A DNA stretch of 64,000 nt, taken from a virus. Both the position numbers and the translations under genes were made by a program. Shown here in pieces: positions 52,388 through 62,102 of this stretch (within the stretch, counting starts at the first letter, position 1; each line of letters opens with the position of its first letter). The notes under the pieces were generated by a model. The model did not search any database. It was given only the letters and a program-made list of their open reading frames with translations, and was not told where the DNA came from. Location: positions 35,822 to 99,821 of IMG/VR virus record IMGVR_UViG_3300018080_008375; one strand, given 5' to 3'.

Positions 52388-52980
52388 TGATGGCGCGCAA
52401 TGTGGGGCGGACGGTTGAGCTGCGCAGTGTAACTTCTGGGGAAAAGAAAGTTCTTGGTCTGGATGTAAGTTCACAGACTGTCGGATGGGGTCTCGTAAGA
52501 GCGGGTCGCCGACCTGCCCTGATTGCGTACGGTCACATTCGCCCCCTTCCGTCCAGCAGAGGTCTCATGGAGCGGCTTGACAGCTTGTACGACGACATAA
52601 AGCGCCTGTGCGAAGAGTTGAGTCCCGACGTCGTGGCTGTGGAAGACTGTGCCCTGTTCATGCATGGGCGGAAATCCAACGCCAAGACCATGATGACGCT
52701 GGCTGTGTTCAACAGGGTGGTTTCGTTGGCGGCGTACCGCAAGACCGGAGATGTGAGGTTCTATCCGGTAGGCAGCATCAGGAAGGCGGTTAGGATGGCG
52801 TCGGCCCTTGATCATGCTCCGCACAAAGAAGAGATTCCCGGTATCATACGCCGGTGTCTGGATGGTGAATTTTCAGATGTGGAAAAGCGCGGCGGCGGAA
52901 CAGCCGTGCAGACGTATGACGAAGCGGACGGTATTGCTGCGGCATGGTGCGCTGCGTTGGATTGTGGCAAGGGAAAATGA
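52387..52980 (+). CDS. RuvC-like Holliday junction resolvase
   Basis: LGLDVS...GWG, VAVED, DEADGIA. Confidence 0.8.
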   Translation: MMARNVGRTVELRSVTSGEKKVLGLDVSSQTVGWGLVRAGRRPALIAYGHIRPLPSSRGLMERLDSLYDDIKRLCEELSPDVVAVEDCALFMHGRKSNAKTMMTLAVFNRVVSLAAYRKTGDVRFYPVGSIRKAVRMASALDHAPHKEEIPGIIRRCLDGEFSDVEKRGGGTAVQTYDEADGIAAAWCAALDCGKGK

Positions 52981-53984
52981 AAGATCCGTACGAAGTGCTT
53001 GGTGTTTCGCACGATGCGACTGACGACGAAATCAAGAAGGCATATAAGAAAATGGCCCTTGAATGGCATCCGGACCGGCACGGGGGCAGCAGCGAAGCCG
53101 AAGATAAGTTCAAGGACATAAACGCCGCATTTCAGGCGATTGGGGACCCCGAAAAACGCGCCAGGCACGACATGGGCGGAAGGTCTAACGGATTTCCCAG
53201 TTTCCACGATGTTTTCGTCCATTCTTCGTTCGAAAGCATGTTTGGGGGACAGTTTGGGGGTTTTCGCGTACATCGGTCGTCCGCTGCTTCGAAAAGGATT
53301 GTGGCATCCGTGTCGCTTGAGGAAGCGTATGCGGGCACTGAAAAGGTGCTTGTGGTTCGGGAGAATCGCAAATGCGCCGCCTGCGGCGGCCTTAGCGCGA
53401 AGCAGAAGAACGAGCCGTGCCCGGCGTGCGGCGGAACCGGGCACATCAGCTCCACCTCCAGCACCGCAGCTTTTGTGTCCATAATGTCAACATGTATGGC
53501 ATGCAGGGGAAGCGGGCGCAAGCTGGGGGACCAGTGCGCCGCCTGCGGCGGCCGGGGGAGCGCAGTTGAAGAAAAGCGCGTGAGAGTTGTTGTTCCCCCA
53601 GGCATGCCGGATGGCGCTACGATTCAGGTCGCCGGCTTCAGCGTGGAGATACGCCATGAGCCGCATGACGACCTGACTCAGATGCCGATGAGCCTGGACA
53701 TCACGAATGAGAGGACGGTAGATGTGTTTGATGCAATCCTGGGGGGCAGGATTGCCGTAAACACTCTGGCCGGGGAAATGGACGTCAAGGTGCCTCCGGG
53801 TTTCAAGCCGGGGATGTATCTGCGCATCAAGGGCGCCGGAATGCGCGACAGGAACGGACGGCGCGGTGACCATTTGGTCCAGGTGAATGTTTTCGTTCCA
53901 AAGCTGAATGAGGAGCAGACCAGACAGCTCGAACTCCTCAGAGACGAAATAAGGAGACCTGATGAAGAGGACGACAATGATTAA
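52977..53984 (+). CDS. dnaJ: DnaJ chaperone
   Basis: J domain with HPD; four CxxCxG repeats; C-terminal domain. Confidence 0.93.
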   Translation: MKDPYEVLGVSHDATDDEIKKAYKKMALEWHPDRHGGSSEAEDKFKDINAAFQAIGDPEKRARHDMGGRSNGFPSFHDVFVHSSFESMFGGQFGGFRVHRSSAASKRIVASVSLEEAYAGTEKVLVVRENRKCAACGGLSAKQKNEPCPACGGTGHISSTSSTAAFVSIMSTCMACRGSGRKLGDQCAACGGRGSAVEEKRVRVVVPPGMPDGATIQVAGFSVEIRHEPHDDLTQMPMSLDITNERTVDVFDAILGGRIAVNTLAGEMDVKVPPGFKPGMYLRIKGAGMRDRNGRRGDHLVQVNVFVPKLNEEQTRQLELLRDEIRRPDEEDDND

Positions 53985-54738
53985 GGCGCTTTTGCTTTCG
54001 CTGCTTTTGGTGCTTGCAGGATGTTCGACAGCCGGGCAAGTTCGTTACGGCCAGGCAAGCGGAATGAAGGCGCAGGCTTCTTCCATACAAAAAAAGGTTG
54101 ACATAATGGACATGGTTTCGTCCACTGTCGTTGTCAACAGGGGCGGAAGCGGAGTGGTGATACGGAAGGACAATGAAGGCACATGGATACTGACGGCCTG
54201 GCATGTCGTCAACAAGCTCGTCGGAACTCCCCAGTTTACCAAGGAAGGAGTCGTTTTTCCAAAGATGAAGCCCGTTCCCGTGTCGTACGGCGTCATGGAC
54301 AGGTACGGCGGAAGGCTAACAACTATCAGCTACGAGGGGAAAATACATACCTCTTCGGCTTTGGGCGATCTTGCCATCGTGATTGTTCCGGACAGGATAC
54401 CGGCCAAGGTCGCGGAACTGGGCAGCGTTCCCTTGGCGTTCGGTGACGGGGTGGTCGTGGTCGGGCATCCCCTGAGCCTATCGTACACTGTCACAAACGG
54501 AATCGTCAGCAATCCCATGAGAATAGTTCCTAAGATTACCGGCGTGTTCATGCAGTTTTCGGCTCCGGTCACTTTCGGAAACAGCGGAGGCCCGATATTC
54601 AATGAAAGGGGTCGGGTCGTCGGCATCGTGCTGATGGGCTTCAAGCACATAGCGCTTTCCCCTACGCTGGGCTTCATGAAGGCGTTTGTCAAGGTGTCTC
54701 TTCCCGAGGGAAAAAATGGCAAAGAAAAAGACAAGTAG
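53977..54738 (+). CDS. Trypsin-like serine protease lipoprotein
   Basis: LAGC lipobox; LTAWHV, GDLA, GNSGGP. Confidence 0.88.
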   Translation: MIKALLLSLLLVLAGCSTAGQVRYGQASGMKAQASSIQKKVDIMDMVSSTVVVNRGGSGVVIRKDNEGTWILTAWHVVNKLVGTPQFTKEGVVFPKMKPVPVSYGVMDRYGGRLTTISYEGKIHTSSALGDLAIVIVPDRIPAKVAELGSVPLAFGDGVVVVGHPLSLSYTVTNGIVSNPMRIVPKITGVFMQFSAPVTFGNSGGPIFNERGRVVGIVLMGFKHIALSPTLGFMKAFVKVSLPEGKNGKEKDK

Positions 54739-55900
54739 CAACCCGGTAGCTGACATTTTCGCGGAAGTCGACAAGGAGTTCGGTCCTGACGGGCTGTTCA
54801 ACGGCGACGACGACTTCATAGCCAATGTGGAGACGATTACGAGCGGAAGCGCGTCGCTTGACGACGCGATGGGTCTGTGGGGGCTGCCGAAGGGCAGGGT
54901 CGTGCAGTATGCCGGACCGGAAAGCAGCGGCAAGACCCTCATGGCGTTCATGGCGATCAGGGAGTGGATGAACGCCGCTCCGCATCATTGGGCCGCCTTC
55001 TACGATGTCGAGGGGACATACGACGGCACTTGGGCTTCCGCCCTAGGAGTCGACACCAGCAGGCTGAAGGTGTCGAAGAAGACGATGGCGTCGGACATTT
55101 TCAACAACCTGTGCGGAATCAAGGCGGCGAACAAGAAGACAGGAAAGGTGACGCAAAAGAAGCGAGGCCTGCTGGACATCATCGAGGACCGGGGCGGGGC
55201 TGAGAAGTCGGGATGCGGCATTATCGTCGTCGACAGCATTCCGTCGATGCAGGCGCCGATCGAGGAGGTCTCCGCCGCGGGCAAGATAAATGTCGCTCCG
55301 ATGGCGCGCTTTCTGCCGCCAGAGCTTCGGAAGATCACCCCCAAGCTCGGACGCACGGGAGTGGTTCTGCTGGCCATCAACCAGATACGCGTAAAGATCG
55401 GAGCCATGTACGGGAATCCCGAAGACACTCCCGGCGGGCGCGCATGGAAGCACGCATGCTCCATGATGGTGAACTTCGGTGCGGTTTACAACAGCGAGTC
55501 GTTCATCACGGACGACCTGGATGAGAAGATCGGTCACAAAATCAAGGCCAAGATAGTGAAGAACAAGGTGGCACCCGCGCACAGGAACGCCGAGTTCGAG
55601 ATCAAGTATTTGTCCGGCATCGTCAACAGGCACCGCGAGGTGTTCGAGCTGGCGGTCAAGTACGGCGTCATTGAGCGCCCGAGCACGGTGTCGTACGCGC
55701 ACGGCGGAAAAACCGTGGCCAAGGGACGCGACAATGCGATTGAATGGTTTGCAAACCAAGGGTCTGCGTTTCATGAGCAGGTTATGCTCGAAGTCATGGC
55801 GGCAAAGGCGGAGAGAGTGAAGATCGTCAGCGCCGGCGAGCTGGAACGGATGAAAAAGGACGACGCGGCGGAAGACGACGACGATTGGAGAGAGAAATAA
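54716..55900 (+). CDS. recA: RecA recombinase
   Basis: GPESSGKT, VVDSI, INQIR, GNPEDTPGG, VKNKVAP. Confidence 0.93.
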   Translation: MAKKKTSSNPVADIFAEVDKEFGPDGLFNGDDDFIANVETITSGSASLDDAMGLWGLPKGRVVQYAGPESSGKTLMAFMAIREWMNAAPHHWAAFYDVEGTYDGTWASALGVDTSRLKVSKKTMASDIFNNLCGIKAANKKTGKVTQKKRGLLDIIEDRGGAEKSGCGIIVVDSIPSMQAPIEEVSAAGKINVAPMARFLPPELRKITPKLGRTGVVLLAINQIRVKIGAMYGNPEDTPGGRAWKHACSMMVNFGAVYNSESFITDDLDEKIGHKIKAKIVKNKVAPAHRNAEFEIKYLSGIVNRHREVFELAVKYGVIERPSTVSYAHGGKTVAKGRDNAIEWFANQGSAFHEQVMLEVMAAKAERVKIVSAGELERMKKDDAAEDDDDWREK

Positions 55901-56241
55901 TGCTTATACGGTGCAGTTCAAAAGGGTGCTACAAGGAGTCGCACGCGCAAATCAACAAGCAGACCGGCGAGGTCGTGTGCCTGGAGTGCGGAAAGCCCAT
56001 TGGAAATGTGTCGGACTATACGAAGCGCACGCTGCTGTCCATCGGTCAGACGCTGCGCAGCGCCGAGCAGAAGGCGTTTCAGGTCCATTGTCCGGACTGC
56101 CGGGGAAAGCGCAGCGTGTCGCTGGTCGATGGCGGCAAGGGCGGAGCCGTGTGCTCCGCGTGTGGGCGCGAGCTTGAGGTGTCTGCGGCGCTCCTTCATG
56201 CCATCAAGGTGTTCAGCCAGGAAGAAGAAAAGAAGGAATGA
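55900..56241 (+). CDS. Zn-ribbon hypothetical protein
   Basis: Four Cys pairs. Confidence 0.6.
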   Translation: MLIRCSSKGCYKESHAQINKQTGEVVCLECGKPIGNVSDYTKRTLLSIGQTLRSAEQKAFQVHCPDCRGKRSVSLVDGGKGGAVCSACGRELEVSAALLHAIKVFSQEEEKKE

Positions 56242-57005
56242 ACAAGCCGGAGATTCTGCAAAGAGTGGCTCAAGAATGCCACAATAGGCTGTGGGACGAC
56301 GAGGAAAAACTCTCGTACCTGAAAGAGCGCGGAATTTCACATGAAACGATCTCACGGTTCATGCTGGGGTCGTTTCCGTCGGACCTGCGGCATCTGTTCA
56401 AGGTCGTGCCGGCGGGAGATCTCAGAAGCGCCGGCGTAATCAAGAACGCCACGAAAAGCATGTTCAGGACATGGAATCTCCTGATACCGGTAGCAGACGT
56501 ATGGGGAAAGACCGTTGCCCTTGCCGGCAGGACGCTCATGCCGACCGAGAAACGCGAAAAGCGCGGCCTGCAGAAGTATGTTAACACGATCTATACCAAG
56601 TCGCATCACCTGTTCGGTCTGTATTTGGCAAAGAGAGCGATAGCGGAAAGCGGTACGGCACATGTCGTCGAAGGGTACATGGAGATACTTGCGGCGCACC
56701 AGGCTGGTATGGACAATGTGGTGGCGAGCTGCGGGACAGCCTTCTCGAACCGCCAGCTGGCCCTTTTGGCCAGGTATGCGGAGAGGATCGTGTTTTTGTA
56801 CGACAACGACGAGCCCGGTCAGAAGGCCGCCGCGAGGCATGTGGAAAGCAAACAGTGCCCGGAGGTATCGGTGTCCGCAGTCAATCCGTTTCCGCCGGCT
56901 AACGACCTCGACGAGTTTCTTCAAAGCAGGACGGTTGGGGAACTGAAAAGGATCATGGGGCATGGTGGCAATGGATACGAGCATGTCGTCGCTCCATCAT
57001 GGTGA
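56238..57005 (+). CDS. DNA primase catalytic core (TOPRIM) lacking the ZBD
   Basis: YLKERGI, AGR, KYVN, VVEGY, GTAF, YDNDEPG, DLDEF. Confidence 0.88.
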   Translation: MNKPEILQRVAQECHNRLWDDEEKLSYLKERGISHETISRFMLGSFPSDLRHLFKVVPAGDLRSAGVIKNATKSMFRTWNLLIPVADVWGKTVALAGRTLMPTEKREKRGLQKYVNTIYTKSHHLFGLYLAKRAIAESGTAHVVEGYMEILAAHQAGMDNVVASCGTAFSNRQLALLARYAERIVFLYDNDEPGQKAAARHVESKQCPEVSVSAVNPFPPANDLDEFLQSRTVGELKRIMGHGGNGYEHVVAPSW

Positions 57006-57015
57006 GGTGACAATC

Positions 57016-57486
57016 ATGGCAAGGAAGAGGAACAAGTCCGATTCCTACCAGTACAGAATGGTCGAGATAGCCGTCGATCCGCATGTTCTGTCAGACTTTT
57101 CCGACGAGGACGGGTTTGCGGAACAGGTGCGCATGTCCGCATATTCAGAAGCGGTCCTTGAGCTTAGGAAGCAGCTGATGAAAGAGGTCAGGCGCATGAT
57201 AGAGACAGTCCTGACCGTTCGCCAGCGAGAAGTGATAAATTTGCGCTTGGAAGGGCATACGCAAGTGGAGATAGCCGATTTCCTCGGCATTCATCAGACG
57301 ACTGTGCACAAGACGATAAGCGGCAACATAGACTACAAGAACAATGCCGCAAAATACGGTGGGGCGATAAAGAAGCTGCGCAAGGCATGCCTAAAGGACC
57401 AGAGGGTACTTACGATCCTTAAAAGAATTTCCGAAGCCAAGGCGGAGGCGATGGGTGAGGGGGATGATGAAGCCGAAAATGAATGA
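57016..57486 (+). CDS. Sigma region-4 HTH protein
   Basis: LTVRQREVINL..EGHTQVEIADFLGIHQTTV. Confidence 0.75.
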   Translation: MARKRNKSDSYQYRMVEIAVDPHVLSDFSDEDGFAEQVRMSAYSEAVLELRKQLMKEVRRMIETVLTVRQREVINLRLEGHTQVEIADFLGIHQTTVHKTISGNIDYKNNAAKYGGAIKKLRKACLKDQRVLTILKRISEAKAEAMGEGDDEAENE

Positions 57487-58834
57487 TCGGCTCGCATTGC
57501 GGCAAAACTGGCCGGAGCCGGAGTACAAAGACATCATACTTAGGCGGATACGCCAATGCAATGCGCGCGTGCTCGTGGTGGGTGCCGGATATGTCGGGCT
57601 GCCGTTGGCATGCCGCTGCGCCGCATCGGGGCACAGGACGACCGTGCTGGATCCCGATACAAAAAAGGTGGAGTCGATCAGGAGGGGCGAGTCGTACATC
57701 AGCGACATTTCCAGCGGTGTTCTGGAATTCCTGGTAAACACCGAACCTGAAAAAGGGACAGGACACAACCTGAAAGCTGTCAGCAAGTGGTCTGACGCCC
57801 CGTGCCCCGATGTCGCGATCATATGCGTTCCGACGCCGCTGAACAAAGCCAAAGAGCCGGACATATCAATCGTCATGGATGTCGTCGACCGCCTGCCGGA
57901 CACATGGCCCTGCGGATGGAATCCGCTTGTGGTCCTGGAGTCAACGGTCTATCCAGGTTTTACGCGCGAAATGGTACATGATAGGCTGCGTGTTCCCACT
58001 GCGTTCTCTCCAGAAAGGGTGGATCCCGGAAACAGGAAGTACGGAATCAGGAACACGCCGAAGCTGGTCGGCGGAGTTGACGCCGTTTCCTCTCTCCTTG
58101 CGAATGAGTTTTACAGAACGATTGTCAACGAAGTTGTGCCCGTCAGTTCGTGCGAGGTTGCCGAAATGACTAAGGTTTTTGAGAATACATTCCGCATGGT
58201 GAATATTGGGCTGGTCAACGAGGCTGCTCTTATGTGCCGTGCGCTGGGCATAGATTCCAATGAGATGATAGATGCGGCGGCAACCAAGCCTTTCGGATTT
58301 ATGCCTTTTCGTCCCGGACCGGGCGCTGGCGGAAATTGCGTTCCTTTGGATCCGCACTATCTCGCATGGAAGCTCAGGACGGTGAAGTATCATTCTCGCT
58401 TCATTAGCCTGGCTGACCAGGTGAACTCCTCAATGCCGCGCCATGTGGTTGACCTTATCGTGCGCGCGCTGAATAAGAATGAAAAATCCGTTAAAAATTC
58501 AAAAGTTCTGATTGATGGCGTATCTTACAAGCCCGGAGTTGGTGACCTTAGCGAATCTCCAGCCTTGGATATCATTGAAATTCTTTGTTCTGAATACAGC
58601 GCGGATGTGTGGTATTTTGACCCGTTCGTTGACAGCATGACTTTGAGCAGCGGACGCGGAATACCGCGCATTACGAAAATGCCCGAACCTGGAGAATTTG
58701 ACTGTCTCGTGATAGCGACAAACCATCCGAATGTGGACCATGGCGAGCTTTGCCGTCTTGCTGGCGCAGTCGTGGATACCCGCAATGTAACCAAGGATTT
58801 TCGCAAAGATATTAGCAATATCGAAGTTCTATAG
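57479..58834 (+). CDS. UDP-N-acetylhexosamine 6-dehydrogenase (WecC/WbpA family)
   Basis: GAGYVG, CVPTP, ESTVYPG, SPER, KVFENTFR, GGNCVPLDP, VVDTRN; start may be 57464. Confidence 0.92.
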   Translation: MNDRLALRQNWPEPEYKDIILRRIRQCNARVLVVGAGYVGLPLACRCAASGHRTTVLDPDTKKVESIRRGESYISDISSGVLEFLVNTEPEKGTGHNLKAVSKWSDAPCPDVAIICVPTPLNKAKEPDISIVMDVVDRLPDTWPCGWNPLVVLESTVYPGFTREMVHDRLRVPTAFSPERVDPGNRKYGIRNTPKLVGGVDAVSSLLANEFYRTIVNEVVPVSSCEVAEMTKVFENTFRMVNIGLVNEAALMCRALGIDSNEMIDAAATKPFGFMPFRPGPGAGGNCVPLDPHYLAWKLRTVKYHSRFISLADQVNSSMPRHVVDLIVRALNKNEKSVKNSKVLIDGVSYKPGVGDLSESPALDIIEILCSEYSADVWYFDPFVDSMTLSSGRGIPRITKMPEPGEFDCLVIATNHPNVDHGELCRLAGAVVDTRNVTKDFRKDISNIEVL

Positions 58835-58908
58835 CATCCCGCCTTCCATTCCCGCCTTCTTTCCTTCTTTTCACCATAAAAATCCAGTTTTTACCTGGCA
58901 TTGAACGC

Positions 58909-58934
58909 CGGCGGACACATGCGTCCGCCGTTTT
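58909..58934 (+). terminator. Rho-independent terminator
   Basis: CGGCGGAC-ACATGC-GTCCGCCG-TTTT. Confidence 0.65.
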
Positions 58935-58986
58935 CGCAATCATCTTCCTTCCTGGCATCGGCTGTGCTGCGCATGTATTGATTTAT

Positions 58987-59005
58987 TCTATCAATATTCG
59001 CGTAT
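58987..59005 (+). promoter_or_regulatory. Putative phage promoter motif
   Basis: TCTATCAATATTCGCGTAT after a terminator, heading a new gene block. Confidence 0.6.
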
Positions 59006-59070
59006 TGTCTTGAACAGCCCGACCTGTAATGTTCCGGGTTGCACGCTTCAGCGCAAGGAGGGTGTCCGAA

Positions 59071-60294
59071 ATGGACGAGTTCAAGCTGGATTTTTCCTAC
59101 CTTCAGAAAGCGGTCGAACGCAGTCAGGACCGCATTTATGTCAAGGGCAACGAGCATATGATCAAGCGGTTCGCATTCGACCTTGTCCGCATGGACAGCG
59201 AACCCGAAACGCTTTGGAAAGTGCAAGCCGACGACGACGGCAACGAATTTCTTGTACGCACATACACGATGCCGGAGGACAAGGAGGCCGCCGCAAGCGA
59301 CTGGTCGGTGGACGCTGACAAGAAGCAGGCAAACCTCACGGTGTCCTACAAAGGCGCTCCTCTTCACAGGCTGGTGGCTGCCGAATACGGTGCCTGCTCG
59401 CCCGACGAAGCCGACCTCCTAGCCAAAGTCCTTCGCCGCAAGCTGGCCGTCGATTCGGAATTTGCCGGAAAGCTGCTTGCCTCCCTCCCCGTTCCCAAGC
59501 TGCGCGCTGTCGCCGCAGCGTTTCCTGAACTCAAGATAGCGGCAAAGGCAAGGTCGAAAGAAGAGAGGGCAAAGCTGTGCCTGCCCATGTGGAAGCTTAT
59601 TCCTGACGACAGGCGCGACATGATTCTGCCCGATTGGGAAAAAATGACGGTTCGTCAGATAATGGAAGGCCTTGTCGGTCTGGACGACATAGGATGGCTT
59701 GATTTCGAAGAAACGGCCTGGAAGCACGGGCATCGGATTCCGAGCGAGGGTTTGTTTGGATCGGAAAGCAAGTCCGAACTGAAGGTCGAAGCGTGGGATC
59801 CGGAAGAGCCGCGCCGCCAGCGCCCCACCGAGGAGATTTCTCAGGAGCAGCTTGACGAGCTGCTACATCAGACCCGCCATACCCGCCCAACCGCCACCTA
59901 CCTTGCCGTAGGGCATCCCGAGACCGAAGAAAAAAAACAGAAGTTTATGCAGTCTCCCGAGTTTGCCGACGCGTTCGCAAAGTGGCTGTCCGAGACCGCC
60001 GGTGCCGAGGAAATGCCCGGCGAGGAGGCTGTAGCTGCGTTCATGGCGGTTTTGGAGAAACAGGGGCAATTCGATCCTGAAGACGGATGGAGAACTGCCG
60101 TCGACGGCGGCGATATTGTGATAGCGCGGGGCAAGGCGCAGGTCGTCAGGCTTGCCGCCTCGAAATACGGCGCGGAAATGCCTGAGGATGTGGAGCTGTT
60201 CAGGCTTCTCGTACAGTCAAAGCTCGATTCGCAGGACGAGGATTTCCTGCGCGCGGCCATCGTGAGCGTGGCGGCAGAATCTGACAAGGAATAA
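59071..60294 (+). CDS. Hypothetical protein with internal domain repeat
   Basis: SD AGGAGG; two W.V.....RL.A..YGA..P.E..L...L..KL units. Confidence 0.65.
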   Translation: MDEFKLDFSYLQKAVERSQDRIYVKGNEHMIKRFAFDLVRMDSEPETLWKVQADDDGNEFLVRTYTMPEDKEAAASDWSVDADKKQANLTVSYKGAPLHRLVAAEYGACSPDEADLLAKVLRRKLAVDSEFAGKLLASLPVPKLRAVAAAFPELKIAAKARSKEERAKLCLPMWKLIPDDRRDMILPDWEKMTVRQIMEGLVGLDDIGWLDFEETAWKHGHRIPSEGLFGSESKSELKVEAWDPEEPRRQRPTEEISQEQLDELLHQTRHTRPTATYLAVGHPETEEKKQKFMQSPEFADAFAKWLSETAGAEEMPGEEAVAAFMAVLEKQGQFDPEDGWRTAVDGGDIVIARGKAQVVRLAASKYGAEMPEDVELFRLLVQSKLDSQDEDFLRAAIVSVAAESDKE

Positions 60295-60324
60295 TGGCCG
60301 CCAAGGCCTTCGGAGGAGAATCTC

Positions 60325-61989
60325 ATGAATAAGTACACCGAACTCAAGCGTCAGGCGGAAGCGCTGCTGTCGCAGATGGACCGCGGCAAAGAGTTCATCA
60401 TCGGTCATGTCAGCGGAAGGCTCGCGAAGGCGGCGGACGAGAATCCGCAGGACAAGGTCATTTGCGCAGTGTCCCATGTGGTTGAAAGAATGAGTCGCAA
60501 GGACCCGTCGCGCGTCATCAGTCAAGCAGAGCTGGAGAGCGTGTACCAGAAGCTGGCGGGCATCGACCGAAGCGGAACAAGATTCAGGGAACTGCTTGGC
60601 GACCTGCTGATAACGGCTGGACCGCAGCCAGTGCGGACAGGAAAGGAGTATGCCGAAGCCAAGCGCGACATTTTCGACGAGGCGGTGTCCGAAATCAAGC
60701 CGGAAACGCGCGATGGGCTGTCGCAGCTTTTCGAGCATGCCGAAGACAGGCTTGATCCCAAAGCCGCAACAGATGCTCAGGGGCGCGTAGAGCTGGAGCT
60801 GAAGTCTATGGGCTTCAGGTCGAAAGCAAAGCTGGAAGGCGGCAATGCGAGGCATCTGGTGTTCGCAGCGCAGGTGCAAACAAATCGCGGACAGGTCACA
60901 TTCCATGTGCCTGTCGAGGCGTCCTCCGGACGCCTGCCGAGCGTTTTCGTGTCGCAGGGCAGGTTTCTTCCGCTGAGCCGTCAGGAGCTGTCGAAGCAGG
61001 CGGAAGAGATTGCTGGGTGCAGGCTGGATCCGCCAAGCGTTCCGGCGATCCTGGATGCTCTCGACAAGCTGTCCGGATCGGAGGCGAAATCCGCAAGCGA
61101 CGAACAGGTGGAGAGCATTGCCGGGTCCCTGCCTCAGGACGACGGCAGCGGCGGCCTATCGGCCGCACAGCTGTATGCTTCAATAGCGCAGAAAGAGGAT
61201 GCCATCAGGGACATCGAAGTGCCGCGGACCGAAGTTCCGGAGCCGCTTAGAGCAATTGCTTCGGAAGTCGAGGAAAGCGTGGCGGAAGCTGGCATCGGAT
61301 ATCCGCAGGCAGCGGTTAGGCTTGCCAAGCGTATGCTGAATGCCGAGCTGGTGTCCATGGGATTCAGGAGCGCCCAGGTGCGCGCCGTGTCGCCCACGGG
61401 CGACGGCATGCTGTGCCAGGCCGTTCTGGACACTCCGAAGGGCAAAGTGGCTATTGAGGTGCCGATTGAGATGAAGGGCGACAGGCCTCTTATGCCGTCG
61501 GTTTTTGCGCACGGCGACATTGTGGACGATTTCACGGCTGACAAGCTGAAAGCTTTCGTGTCGCGGGATCTGGACACGCTTCCGACTGCCGTAAGGCGCG
61601 ATAGCGCCCTGCTGTCTAAGAGTTGGGGCGAGCTTAAAAGCGACCTTATAGATGCGGTGGCGCGCGACGACCACGATGCGTGTCACGAGATTATCGAAGC
61701 AATAGCCGAGCAGTTCGGCAGCGATATGCACAAGCAGGCGATCCAGGGGTACAAGGAGCTTCTCAAGCACAAGGCGGCATGGCACGAAAGCCGCAAAAGC
61801 CGGTGCAGCATGGTTATAAAGAGCGCCAATTCAATATATGACATGTGCGGGCACCTGATGGTGCCGCTTCATAAGGTGGTGCAGGACGAGATGGGCAGAT
61901 GCCATCTGGCTTCGACATACCGGGCAAGGCAGAGCCAGGATGAGGAGGGCGCCTTCTTCAGCAACGCCAAGGTGCTTGTCAACGACTGA
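60325..61989 (+). CDS. Hypothetical protein with internal domain duplication
   Basis: Two EL.SMGFRS...G.V...VP.E...PSVF..G units. Confidence 0.7.
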   Translation: MNKYTELKRQAEALLSQMDRGKEFIIGHVSGRLAKAADENPQDKVICAVSHVVERMSRKDPSRVISQAELESVYQKLAGIDRSGTRFRELLGDLLITAGPQPVRTGKEYAEAKRDIFDEAVSEIKPETRDGLSQLFEHAEDRLDPKAATDAQGRVELELKSMGFRSKAKLEGGNARHLVFAAQVQTNRGQVTFHVPVEASSGRLPSVFVSQGRFLPLSRQELSKQAEEIAGCRLDPPSVPAILDALDKLSGSEAKSASDEQVESIAGSLPQDDGSGGLSAAQLYASIAQKEDAIRDIEVPRTEVPEPLRAIASEVEESVAEAGIGYPQAAVRLAKRMLNAELVSMGFRSAQVRAVSPTGDGMLCQAVLDTPKGKVAIEVPIEMKGDRPLMPSVFAHGDIVDDFTADKLKAFVSRDLDTLPTAVRRDSALLSKSWGELKSDLIDAVARDDHDACHEIIEAIAEQFGSDMHKQAIQGYKELLKHKAAWHESRKSRCSMVIKSANSIYDMCGHLMVPLHKVVQDEMGRCHLASTYRARQSQDEEGAFFSNAKVLVND

Positions 61990-62102
61990 TCCGCGCGCCT
62001 GAAGGCGCGACACGGCCGGCTGATGCTTCGCAACAAGGCTGCGGCTCCCGTCGGGAGCTCGGTCGGCAAGCGCAGCCGGCTGTTTTTTAGGAGGGCACTC
62101 AC

